This document shows, in pieces, positions 26,682 through 35,957 of a stretch of 64,000 nt of DNA (positions are counted from its first letter, which is position 1; each line of letters starts with the position of its first letter). The position numbers and the translations under genes are program-made. The DNA is from a virus (Duplodnaviria > Caudoviricetes), in the IMG/VR virus record IMGVR_UViG_3300027851_000024, positions 1,035 to 65,034 of that record. The stretch is one strand, 5' to 3'. Below the pieces are notes generated by a model. That model did not search any database. It saw nothing but the letters and a program-made list of their open reading frames with translations, and was not told the DNA's origin.

Positions 26682-26965
26682 AGACAGGAAAAGCCAGTTA
26701 ACATCATCCACCTCGGGAACAATTTTCAATTAGCAACATTGCAACTTGGAATCATAGAAACTTGTTATGCATTAAGAACTGGCAGGCGGCCTTCATATTA
26801 TGACCGGGCGACCATGCGTGCCGGCATTAAGGAATTTTCAGGAAAATTAAGGATTTCCACACTTTAAGGTTGACCTTTCCCTTAGAATATGTTCCTATAA
26901 AGTAGGAAACGTCCACCAGCTTTACATCATCCATCTTAACCACTTCACCAGTCAGGACACCAGCT

Positions 26966-27670
26966 ATGCTCAAGGAGTTAAAAAGTCAGCATCGCAACAT
27001 AGTTCAAATGTCCTTTAATGGGTATTCGAACAACGAGATCGCTGAACGCCTTGGCATGGCCCATACAACTGTATCAAGTATTCTCCGCTCACCGCTAGGT
27101 CAGGCATACTTGCATGGTTTGCAAGACCGCGCACACGAGGCAACTCTTGATGTTAGAAAAAAGTTAGTTAGCCTCAATCGCGCTGCACTCGATACATTTG
27201 AGCATTTGCTCGACTCTAGGTCACGCAAAGCTGTACCGGCCGCAGTTCAGTTCAACGCTGCCCGAGACGTACTGGATCGCAATGGTTATAAGGCTCCCGA
27301 TCGTCTGAGCGTTGACATGACTTTCCAGACCAAGACTGACGAAGAGCTTGATGCTGAAATTGCAGCAATCGAAGCCTCGATCAACAAAACTCACGGTAAA
27401 AATCTTCCAGAGATTAAGAAATCCTTAAAGTCTACATTAACTGAATCAACTGCACAAACTCTCTCTTCCCCCAAACCTTTCACAGTTGTTCCAAGTTTTA
27501 CGGATTCCAAAATCGAGGATGACTTAACTCTGGAAGATTTATTCACTGATGACAATGACCAGTCTGATCTGTTTAGCGAAACTGATTTTGAAGAGCCCAT
27601 CTTGGTAGAAGATCCGACTGTTTTGGAAGACCTATCCTTTGATCCATTCCATAACATCAAGAGGCCATAA
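26966..27670 (+). CDS. Terminase small subunit (HTH) with acidic tail
   Basis: N-terminal HTH (GYSNNEIAERLG), AARDVLDRNGYK motif, directly upstream of TerL. Confidence 0.7.
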   Translation: MLKELKSQHRNIVQMSFNGYSNNEIAERLGMAHTTVSSILRSPLGQAYLHGLQDRAHEATLDVRKKLVSLNRAALDTFEHLLDSRSRKAVPAAVQFNAARDVLDRNGYKAPDRLSVDMTFQTKTDEELDAEIAAIEASINKTHGKNLPEIKKSLKSTLTESTAQTLSSPKPFTVVPSFTDSKIEDDLTLEDLFTDDNDQSDLFSETDFEEPILVEDPTVLEDLSFDPFHNIKRP

Positions 27671-29139
27671 TGGTAGATCTGGCAACTCTTGATCGTGATC
27701 AAAAAGAGCAATACTTAAAACTTTTGCAAGCCAAGAACGTTCGGCTGCGCCAAAATAAGATAGCTCAATATTATCCCGAGGATGGTCCGTTAAGTCGGCA
27801 CAACTATCCTAAGCACATGAGGTTCTTTGAGGCAGGTTCGAGTTATTCTGAACGCTGCATCATGGCTGCAAACCGCGTGGGTAAGTCTGAGGGTATCGGA
27901 GCATACGAGACAACTCTGCATGCTACGGGCCGTTACCCAGGTTGGTGGGTTGGCAAGAGATTCAATAAGCCAATTACAGCTTGGGCCTGTGGGACGACCA
28001 GCACGACTGCCAGAGATATCGTTCAGTTTAAACTCATTGGAAATCCCGAGGACTTCGGTACTGGCCTGATTCCAGAAAAATACATAATCAAAACTACTCC
28101 TAAAGCCGGCGGAGTTCCAAACGCAGTAGATACTATCCTTGTTAAGCACATCTCTGGTGGCATATCCAGAATTAAGATCAAATCTTATGCTGAAGGCCGG
28201 AAGTCGTTTGAAGGTACTGAGCAGGATTTAATTTGGCTGGATGAAGAATGTCCGATGCCGATCTATACTGAATGCATAACTCGAACCATGACTACGAATG
28301 GTTTGATTATGCTGACCTTTACGCCTCTTGAGGGCCTCACTGATACTGTTCTTCAGTTCATGCCAAACGGTAAGATTGAAGAAGTCCAAGATGGTAGTAA
28401 GTTCTTAATCCAAGCGACTTGGGATGATGCTCCGCATCTGACCACTGAACAGAAAGAAAAACTCTGGGCAGCCCTTCCACCCCATCAGCGAGACGCTCGG
28501 TCGAAAGGTGTTCCGCAGTTAGGGGCAGGTGCAATTTATCCAATCCTCGAATCGAATATTACTGTCGAAGATTTCCCAATTCCAGATCATTGGCTTCGCT
28601 GCTATGCGTTGGATGTAGGATGGAAAAAGACTGCCTGTCTTTGGGCAGCAACTGATCCGACCAGTCAGATAACTTACTTATATTCCGAATATTATCAAGG
28701 ACAGCAAGAGCCAATCATCCATGCTGATGGAATCAAAGCAAGGGGAGTGTGGATTCCAGGCGTGATTGATTCTGCTGCGCATGGCCGTTCGCAAGAAGAT
28801 GGAAAGCAACTTTATGAAATTTACACTACGCTGGGGCTTGACATTGAGAACGCTAACAAGTCTATTGAAGCTGGCTTATATCAAGTTTGGCAAATGCTTA
28901 GTACTAATAGGCTGAAAGTGTTTGGTTCACTGGTTAATTGGTTTTCAGAGTTTCGCATTTACCGTCGTGACGAGAATGGACAGATAGTTAAAGACAAAGA
29001 CCATCTTATGGACTGCATGAGATACTTGGTTATGTCTGGACTCAAGCGAGCAATCGCCAAGCCGTACTGGGAATTTGCAGCGTGGGAAGAATCTGAGCTG
29101 TACAATCAGCAAGAAACAAACCTTGTTACAGGATACTAA
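27670..29139 (+). CDS. Terminase large subunit
   Basis: AANRVGKS Walker A, WLDEE Walker B, TFTP coupling motif, LDVG and DHLMDCMRY nuclease motifs. Confidence 0.95.
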   Translation: MVDLATLDRDQKEQYLKLLQAKNVRLRQNKIAQYYPEDGPLSRHNYPKHMRFFEAGSSYSERCIMAANRVGKSEGIGAYETTLHATGRYPGWWVGKRFNKPITAWACGTTSTTARDIVQFKLIGNPEDFGTGLIPEKYIIKTTPKAGGVPNAVDTILVKHISGGISRIKIKSYAEGRKSFEGTEQDLIWLDEECPMPIYTECITRTMTTNGLIMLTFTPLEGLTDTVLQFMPNGKIEEVQDGSKFLIQATWDDAPHLTTEQKEKLWAALPPHQRDARSKGVPQLGAGAIYPILESNITVEDFPIPDHWLRCYALDVGWKKTACLWAATDPTSQITYLYSEYYQGQQEPIIHADGIKARGVWIPGVIDSAAHGRSQEDGKQLYEIYTTLGLDIENANKSIEAGLYQVWQMLSTNRLKVFGSLVNWFSEFRIYRRDENGQIVKDKDHLMDCMRYLVMSGLKRAIAKPYWEFAAWEESELYNQQETNLVTGY

Positions 29140-29141
29140 AT

Positions 29142-29474
29142 ATGTTTATTCAGAGAGTAAATGAGGGTGAAAAATTACAATATGGATTAAACTTACTCTC
29201 TAATGAAATGACTCTTATTAGTTTTAAGTTTTGTATTCCTTTTTGGTTATTTTATTCTAAAGATTATTTTGATTTTGATGATTGTTCTTTGTGTACAGGC
29301 TTTAGGGTTGGTATAATTTATTTTTCCTTTCGTATTCGTAGACTGGAAAACTTTTCTAAGAAAGTTAAAAGATTTATTTTTCATTATAGTTTTGGTTCTC
29401 GCCCTATTGGTAAACAAGAGATTACTCTTTCTCCAAAAGAAATAAAAGATTATATTGTTCCTGCAGGATACTAA
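29142..29474 (+). CDS. AT-rich inserted gene of unknown function (moron-like)
   Basis: Very low GC; flanked by direct repeat CAGGATACTAAAT. Confidence 0.6.
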   Translation: MFIQRVNEGEKLQYGLNLLSNEMTLISFKFCIPFWLFYSKDYFDFDDCSLCTGFRVGIIYFSFRIRRLENFSKKVKRFIFHYSFGSRPIGKQEITLSPKEIKDYIVPAGY

Positions 29475-31688
29475 ATGGCAACTAATTACGAATTTCCTGT
29501 AGAGGAACTTGTTAATCCTGGCAATCCAGCGACGCCGATGGCGAATGCGATCATCGCAGACGCTAGACCGACGCAGTCGGCCGCCTTTGCCAACACTAAT
29601 CTGCCAGACGACGAGATTGCTTCTCTTGCCCGCGAAGTTCCGTTCTGGGCGACTGAAGAGCCGGTCGAAGATATTATTGCTCCAGTTGCATCTGATCCTA
29701 TGCTGACTGCCTTAGTAGAGAAAGAAGCTCTGCGGGCTGAAGCAGTTGTATTGATCACGAATCTGGCAGACAGGCAATCTAAAGATGTCATCGCAGATTT
29801 GACAACCAAGGTGCTGGAAGGTTATAAAATTGATCTAGCAAGTCGCGCCGAGTGGGAAAAGCTCAATGAGCAAATCATCGACCTGGCGAAGCTCTTAGTT
29901 AAGAAAAAGGTTTACGCAGGTGAAGTTGTAGCGAATGTTAAGTATCCGCTAATCATTAATGCTTGCATTCAGTTTGCAGCCAGAGCATACCCTGAGCTGA
30001 TCAAAGGTAACGAGGTTGTCAAGGGTAAGGTAGTCGGGACTGATCCAAACAACATAAAGTTTGATAAGGCTCAGCGAATTTCTCGATTCATGTCTTTCCA
30101 GCTTCTTTCACTGATGGAAGACTGGGAAGAAGGAGTTGACCAGTTACTTTTTACATTGCCTGCAATCGGATGTGTGTTCAAAAAGTCTTACTTTGATTCG
30201 ATTGAGAGGAAGTCTGTATCGCAAATTGTCTTCGCTGATGATTTGGTTGTAAATTATTTTGCAGAAAGTCTGGAGCGAGCACCACGAGTTACACACAAAA
30301 TCTATTTGTACCATAACGAAATTGTAGAGCGCATCAACTCTGGAGTGTTTATCAAGTTTGATGTTGCAGAACTTGGACAAGCTACATCTGATAAGACTGC
30401 TGACGTAGATGATGATACTCCACATTTATTTCTTGAACAGCACAGATGGTACGATCTGGATGGTGATGGCTATCAAGAGCCATACGTCGTAACTATTCAT
30501 GAGCAATCTCAGAAGTTGGTTCGCATCTCTCCCAGATTTGCCACAGATGGCATTATTCGCAAATCTGATGAAGCTGGAGTAGTTGATTCGAACGGACCGA
30601 TTGTAAAGATTATTCCAGAACAGTACTTCACGCGATTCCTGTTTATGCCTGCCATTGATGGAGGCTTCTATGGTATGGGGTTTGGCTCTCTTCTGATGAG
30701 CAGCAACTCCGCCATAAACACAGTTATTAATCAGCTTCTTGATGCAGGAACGCTTTCAAATCGTCAGAGCGGATTCCTAGGAAGAGGTCTTAAGCTCGGA
30801 CGGGGCAAAGCAATTCAGGTCAAGTCAGGAGAATGGAAGCCAGTCGATGCGACCGGAGACGATCTGCGCAAGAACATCTTTCCAATGCCAGTGCGTGAGC
30901 CAAGTAATGTCTTGTTCCAATTGCTTGGACTGCTGATCGAAAGTGGAAAAGAACTTGCCGGGATGACAGAGATTCTTGCTGGCAACTCTCCAGGCGCGAA
31001 TGTTCCGGCAGAATCGGTCTTAGCATTAATTGAACAGGGCCTACAAGTCTATTCTGCAATCCACAAGCGGCTTTATCGCAGTCAATATAAGGAGTTCATT
31101 AAGTTACGACGGCTTAATGCTCTTTACTTAGATCAGATGACATATGCTGCTGTACTGGACGATCAGGCAGCAATTGTTCAGGCTGACTTCTCTAGTGCAG
31201 ATTTCGATGTAGTGCCTGTTGCTGATCCGAACAGCACCACAATGATGCAGCGGTTGCTCAAGGCTAAGGCCATGCTAGAGTTGAGGGGCCAAGGTTTGAA
31301 CGATCAGGAAATCTTGAGGCAATACTTACTTGCCCTGGACATTGAAGATGTGGAAAGGTTCTTCCCAGCTGAAGATGAGCCTAATCCTGAGGAAGAACTA
31401 ACTGTTCAGAAGCTCCAGGCGGAGATTGCAGAACTGAGTGCAAAGGTTCAAAAGCTGAACGCAGAAACTCAGAAGATTTATGCAGAAGTGCCGAAGACAC
31501 AACTTGAACAAGAAAAGATAATCGCTGGTATAGGCCATGATGATATGAAGCTAGCTCTTCAGGATAAGCAAATCTCTGGGCAGCTTGAACTTGGCAGGAG
31601 TCAGCAATCACTGGGTAAGGCCCCTGGTGGGTTGAAAGAAAGTACGATGAAACGCGAATATGGAATGAAAAGTAATAACCAAGAATAA
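29475..31688 (+). CDS. Portal protein
   Basis: 737 aa after TerL; QFAARAYPEL, LLDAGTLSN..GF, IHKRL motifs and C-terminal coiled coil. Confidence 0.9.
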   Translation: MATNYEFPVEELVNPGNPATPMANAIIADARPTQSAAFANTNLPDDEIASLAREVPFWATEEPVEDIIAPVASDPMLTALVEKEALRAEAVVLITNLADRQSKDVIADLTTKVLEGYKIDLASRAEWEKLNEQIIDLAKLLVKKKVYAGEVVANVKYPLIINACIQFAARAYPELIKGNEVVKGKVVGTDPNNIKFDKAQRISRFMSFQLLSLMEDWEEGVDQLLFTLPAIGCVFKKSYFDSIERKSVSQIVFADDLVVNYFAESLERAPRVTHKIYLYHNEIVERINSGVFIKFDVAELGQATSDKTADVDDDTPHLFLEQHRWYDLDGDGYQEPYVVTIHEQSQKLVRISPRFATDGIIRKSDEAGVVDSNGPIVKIIPEQYFTRFLFMPAIDGGFYGMGFGSLLMSSNSAINTVINQLLDAGTLSNRQSGFLGRGLKLGRGKAIQVKSGEWKPVDATGDDLRKNIFPMPVREPSNVLFQLLGLLIESGKELAGMTEILAGNSPGANVPAESVLALIEQGLQVYSAIHKRLYRSQYKEFIKLRRLNALYLDQMTYAAVLDDQAAIVQADFSSADFDVVPVADPNSTTMMQRLLKAKAMLELRGQGLNDQEILRQYLLALDIEDVERFFPAEDEPNPEEELTVQKLQAEIAELSAKVQKLNAETQKIYAEVPKTQLEQEKIIAGIGHDDMKLALQDKQISGQLELGRSQQSLGKAPGGLKESTMKREYGMKSNNQE

Positions 31689-31705
31689 TCTTACAGGAGA
31701 TTAAA

Positions 31706-31999
31706 ATGGACTTTGGAGATGCTATAAGAGCTGCCAAGCAGGGCAAAAAGATTGCACGAAAGAAATGGAATGGAAAGAATATGTTTGTAGTTTATATGGA
31801 GCCTATGCAACTTCCTCCATTTAATACTCAGGGAACTTCTCGTAAGGTTAATGATAGGACGGCCAAGTTTATTGGTGAAGATAAACCACTTAATTGCCAG
31901 CCTTACTTTGCAATGTATAATGCTCAGGAAGAATGGATTCCAGGTTGGGTAGCTTCTCAGTCTGATATGCTTGATGAAGATTGGTTTATTGTTGATTAA
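31706..31999 (+). CDS. DUF2829 / Tad2-like anti-defence sponge protein
   Basis: MDFGDAI.A.K.GKKIAR..WNGK.MF...W.ASQ.DML.EDW. Confidence 0.8.
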   Translation: MDFGDAIRAAKQGKKIARKKWNGKNMFVVYMEPMQLPPFNTQGTSRKVNDRTAKFIGEDKPLNCQPYFAMYNAQEEWIPGWVASQSDMLDEDWFIVD

Positions 32000-32010
32000 G
32001 GAGGACTAAT

Positions 32011-32178
32011 ATGGATGAGTTGGAAAAAAAGAAGAAGGGCGCATTTTCTTTCTTGCGTGCAATCGGTTTGGGTAAAAACAAGAAAGGCACTCCAGATAAG
32101 AATGTGTTCTATGCAGGCAATGTAGTAACAAATGCGCAGAAACGCAAAAAGATGTTAGACGAAGCAGCAGGGAAATAG
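32011..32178 (+). CDS. Small basic protein (55 aa, below the ORF track cut-off)
   Basis: AGGAGG RBS; MDELEKKKKG...AAGK. Confidence 0.5.
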   Translation: MDELEKKKKGAFSFLRAIGLGKNKKGTPDKNVFYAGNVVTNAQKRKKMLDEAAGK

Positions 32179-32199
32179 ATCAACTTAAAAGGATACCCA

Positions 32200-32454
32200 A
32201 TGATCTCAGCAGAACAATTCCAAGAATGGAAAAATCATCCAGTAACTAAAGAACTATTTGTAGAGCTTAAGAAATCTAGGCAGGAAATAATTGACCTTCT
32301 TGCTAATGGACGTAGTATTGGAGAAGACGCGCAGACAACGCATGGCCTTACAAGCAAAGCAGTAGGTCAAATAGAAGGATTGAATCAGCTTCTAAATATT
32401 TCGTTTGAAGGGGATTCTGTAGCTAGCGAAGTTGACGAACGAAGCGGTTATTAA
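32200..32454 (+). CDS. Conserved head-region protein
   Basis: FQEWKNHPVT motif, between portal and GroES. Confidence 0.65.
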   Translation: MISAEQFQEWKNHPVTKELFVELKKSRQEIIDLLANGRSIGEDAQTTHGLTSKAVGQIEGLNQLLNISFEGDSVASEVDERSGY

Positions 32455-32484
32455 GTATAACAACTATTTAAAAGGGTAATAGTT

Positions 32485-32817
32485 ATGAGCACTGACATTA
32501 TGGATATTAATCAATCTGGCATCTTACCAACTGGTGGGCATTTGTTGGTTCTTCCTGAGAAGGTTGAAGAAAAGACTAAGGGCGGAATCTATATTCCAGA
32601 AACTACTCGGGAAAAAGAACAACAGGCTGCGACGATTGGAACTCTAATTGCTGTCGGACCATCGGCCTGGAAAGATCTCGATGATGGTTCACCGTGGGCA
32701 ACTGCTGGAGACAAGATAAGCTATTCTCGCTATGCCGGTGTGACCATGACTGGCGAGGATAACGAATCTTATGTATTGATTAATGATAATGATGTTTTGG
32801 CTCGGTTACTCTTTTAA
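32485..32817 (+). CDS. groES: GroES-like co-chaperonin
   Basis: P.G...LV...EEKTKGGIYIP...G..IAVG...GD...YAG...LINDNDVLA. Confidence 0.9.
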   Translation: MSTDIMDINQSGILPTGGHLLVLPEKVEEKTKGGIYIPETTREKEQQAATIGTLIAVGPSAWKDLDDGSPWATAGDKISYSRYAGVTMTGEDNESYVLINDNDVLARLLF

Positions 32818-32829
32818 ATAGGTGTTATT

Positions 32830-33774
32830 ATGTCCGAAGAATTTGTACAAGACATTATTGCGAGTGCAGAAGCTAAGAGTTCTTCTACAGAAGCAACAGA
32901 CAGCATCGGCAAGGCTGATACCTCTGTTGTGGCAGCTAAATCTGGTGATGATCAATCTCCCAATCAAACTAAAACTGATAATAATAGAGCTGATACTAAT
33001 CAGACCAAATCTACGCCATCTGTAGAAGAACTTGCTGCACAGCTTGGTTGGCGTGCAGACCATGTGGGTGAAGACGCTGTTGATGCGGTTACTTATATTC
33101 TGAGATCGAAAGATATTCAGAAGTCCATGAGTAAGCATAACAAGGACTTGAAAGAAAACCTTGGAACTGTTCAGGCATCAATCAATGCTCTGAAGGAACA
33201 TAACGAGCGGGTTTATAGGGCTGAAGTTAAGCGCCTTGAAAGTGAGATAGCTGCTCTTAAGAAAGAACGCAAATCTGCAATTGAGCTGGCTGATGTTGAT
33301 AAGGTCGAAGAGCTGGATGCCCAAATTGAAGGACTGCAGAAAGATATCACTGCGCCAAAAATGGACACAGGTTCCAAGCCTGATGAAGTTGCCAATCCAG
33401 TATTTGATGAATGGATTACGGATAATCAGTGGTATTTGGAAGATCAAGAAATGGCACAGTTTGCAGATACGGTAGCGCAGAATTATGTAGGTGCTCCGCT
33501 GCCAAGGATTTATTCACTGGTGAGGCAGAAAGTACAGGAAGTGTTTCCAGAGAAGTTTAGTTCAACTCAGAACTCTACGGTTGCAAAGGTTGTGTCTAAA
33601 CCCGTTGGTCCGGTTTCTCCAGTTGATAAAGGATCAAACGGTAAAGGTTCTGGAGCTTCATTTACTAAGTCTGATCTGACACCAGAGCAGCTTAATATAA
33701 TGAATCAGTTTGTTCGCGGTGGAATCATGACTGAAGAACAATATATTAATGACATTGCAAGAATGCAAGAGTAA
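32830..33774 (+). CDS. Capsid scaffolding protein (putative)
   Basis: Acidic N-terminus, coiled coil, upstream of capsid genes. Confidence 0.65.
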   Translation: MSEEFVQDIIASAEAKSSSTEATDSIGKADTSVVAAKSGDDQSPNQTKTDNNRADTNQTKSTPSVEELAAQLGWRADHVGEDAVDAVTYILRSKDIQKSMSKHNKDLKENLGTVQASINALKEHNERVYRAEVKRLESEIAALKKERKSAIELADVDKVEELDAQIEGLQKDITAPKMDTGSKPDEVANPVFDEWITDNQWYLEDQEMAQFADTVAQNYVGAPLPRIYSLVRQKVQEVFPEKFSSTQNSTVAKVVSKPVGPVSPVDKGSNGKGSGASFTKSDLTPEQLNIMNQFVRGGIMTEEQYINDIARMQE

Positions 33775-33789
33775 TAATTGGAGATTAGT

Positions 33790-34206
33790 ATGTCTGAGCA
33801 AAACACAACAAATAGTACCTCTAAGCCTGTGGAACAAGTCCGCAAAAGAATACCGTTAGGATCACGTAACATCTTAACTGCACCGCAAAAGCCGGGATTC
33901 GTGCGCCGGTTTGTGAATGACACTGGAGATCGCATTCAGATGTTCAAAGACGCTGGATGGAACGCTGTTGACGATGGATCACCTGTTGGAGATTCCAAGA
34001 TTGGCAGACCTACACATATCGGGAGTGCTGCTAATCCTCATGTGGGTGGTGGTCAGCGAGCAGTTCTAATGGAGATTCCAGAAGAGATTTATGAGGCAGA
34101 CCGAGCCGAATCACAAGCAAAGATTACTGAGGTTGAAAATCAAATTAAGCGAAACTCTCGTAGTGAGGGTAAAGATGGCTTGTCAGGAAGTGTTACAATT
34201 TCTTAA
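33790..34206 (+). CDS. Conserved head-associated protein
   Basis: PGFVRRFVND..R......GW motif; head module position. Confidence 0.6.
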   Translation: MSEQNTTNSTSKPVEQVRKRIPLGSRNILTAPQKPGFVRRFVNDTGDRIQMFKDAGWNAVDDGSPVGDSKIGRPTHIGSAANPHVGGGQRAVLMEIPEEIYEADRAESQAKITEVENQIKRNSRSEGKDGLSGSVTIS

Positions 34207-34233
34207 ATTAAATCTTTTTGTTGAGGTAAAGAT

Positions 34234-34830
34234 ATGGCTAATTTAGATACTCCTTTCGGTTTTAAACCGGTTAAGCATTTGAATGGTGCTCCTTGGAATG
34301 GCAAAGTAAATGTTTATTACATTCCAAGTACGGATAACACAGCAGTTTTTGTAGGTGATGCAGTTAAGGGTGCTGGAGCTGCTGATACGACTGGCAAGTA
34401 TCCTACCGTAACTCAGGCTACTGCGGGTGCTGCTGTTATTGGGGTTGTAATTGGTTTTGGTGATAATCCGTATACAATGACCCATCCTGATACTCCGAAT
34501 CGTTCCTATCGACCGGCAGCTACAGCTATGTATGCATTTGTAGTTGATGATCCGCAGGTGATTTTTGAGGTTCAGGAAGACAGTGATGCAAACTCTATTA
34601 CTGCTGCAATGGTCGGGCTCTCGGCTAACTTTGTAGTTGGTGCAGGATCAACTGTTACTGGTAAGTCTGCAATGGAGCTTGACTCCAGTGACACTGCAAC
34701 TGATGCTGCTGGTAATTGCCGGATTCTGCGCTTGGCTAATCGGGAAGATAATGAGCTTGGCAACTATGCTAAGTGGGAAATTCTTTTCGGCGAGCATGAA
34801 CTTGGCCTTACTATTTCGACTGATGTTTAA
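34234..34830 (+). CDS. Capsid decoration/stabilising protein (putative)
   Basis: MAN.D.PFGFKP...V.DDP.V.FE.Q; immediately before the MCP. Confidence 0.6.
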   Translation: MANLDTPFGFKPVKHLNGAPWNGKVNVYYIPSTDNTAVFVGDAVKGAGAADTTGKYPTVTQATAGAAVIGVVIGFGDNPYTMTHPDTPNRSYRPAATAMYAFVVDDPQVIFEVQEDSDANSITAAMVGLSANFVVGAGSTVTGKSAMELDSSDTATDAAGNCRILRLANREDNELGNYAKWEILFGEHELGLTISTDV

Positions 34831-34882
34831 TTAGTTGAACATTAACTATAACTATTTATTCATCAATTAAGGGAGAAACATA

Positions 34883-35806
34883 ATGGGTATTATTACTACT
34901 AGTAATTTTGCAAAAGATCTGGTGCCTGGTGTTAAGACTTGGTTCGGTCAGAAGTATAAGGAGTATCCGATTGAGTATTTGGATATTTTTGAGAAGGGCA
35001 GCTCTGATAAGGCTTTCGAAGAGGAAGCCGGCGTGACTGGGTTTGGTCTGGCAGCAGTTAAGACTGAAGGCGCTGGGATTGCGTATGACGAGCAAGAGCA
35101 GGGATTTGTAAGTCGGTATACTCATGTAACGTACGGCCTTGGGTTTATTATTACTCGGGAAATGTACGAAGATGGTATTGCAGTCACTGTAGCTCTGCGT
35201 CGTGCAAATGCTCTGGCCTTCTCCATTCGGCAGACCAAAGAGATCATTGCTGCTAACGTACTGAACAGGGCGTTCACGGCTGCTTATACTATGGGAACTA
35301 ATTCTGATGGCAAGGAACTTTGTGCTACTGATCATCCGAACAAATCAGGTGGTACTTGGCGGAACGAGCTGAGTGTTGCTGCGGATCTGAGTGAGGCTGC
35401 ACTGGAACAGGCTTGCATTGACATCGCTGGATTCACAACTGATCGTGGCCTGAAGATTGCGATTATGCCTCAGAAGTTGATTATTCCCACGGCTCTTGAG
35501 TTTGACGCTATGCGGATTCTCGAATCTATTGGGCAGTCTGGCACGGCGAATAATGACATCAATGCGATTCGGGCGAGCAAAAAGTTCCCGCAGGGCATTG
35601 CTGTAAATCATTACCTCACGGATACGGATGCTTGGTTCATCAAAACCAACTGCCCAGATGGCCTGAAGTATATGGAACGGCGGCCGGATGCGTTTGGGAC
35701 TGAGAATGACTTTGACACTGAGAATGCCAAGTTCAAAGCAACTTTCCGGGGTTCGTTCGGTTGGTCCGATCCTCGAGGGATATTTGGTTCACCTGGTGCA
35801 GCGTGA
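34883..35806 (+). CDS. Major capsid protein (Mu gpT-like family)
   Basis: GFGLA..K.EG..I.YD, ITRE..ED, LIIP..L, HYLTD.DAWF, R.SFGWSDPRG..GSPG; strong codon bias. Confidence 0.9.
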   Translation: MGIITTSNFAKDLVPGVKTWFGQKYKEYPIEYLDIFEKGSSDKAFEEEAGVTGFGLAAVKTEGAGIAYDEQEQGFVSRYTHVTYGLGFIITREMYEDGIAVTVALRRANALAFSIRQTKEIIAANVLNRAFTAAYTMGTNSDGKELCATDHPNKSGGTWRNELSVAADLSEAALEQACIDIAGFTTDRGLKIAIMPQKLIIPTALEFDAMRILESIGQSGTANNDINAIRASKKFPQGIAVNHYLTDTDAWFIKTNCPDGLKYMERRPDAFGTENDFDTENAKFKATFRGSFGWSDPRGIFGSPGAA

Positions 35807-35809
35807 TAA

Positions 35810-35833
35810 CTTGCTGTTCATAAGTGAACGACC
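35810..35833. promoter_or_regulatory. Dispersed palindrome, copy 4 (CTTGCT-GTTCAtaagTGAAC-GACC; inverted orientation)
   Basis: Reverse complement matches copies 1 and 2 including flanks; just after the MCP stop. Confidence 0.7.
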
Positions 35834-35848
35834 AAACTAACAATGATA

Positions 35849-35885
35849 ACTAGCCGTTCTTAGCGACGAGTTACGGGCGGCTAGT
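35849..35885 (+). terminator. Hairpin after the capsid gene
   Basis: ACTAGCCGTTC / GGGCGGCTAGT. Confidence 0.5.
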
Positions 35886-35957
35886 CAATTTTGGGTAAAT
35901 GAAAGTTAAAATCTTTCAGGCAGTTCCTTAAAAGGAAGTGTCCCAGTGGAGAAAATT

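Noticed and set aside
26870-26901. Plus-strand sigma70 promoter TTGACC...TATAAA
   Set aside because: 20-bp spacer; poor geometry
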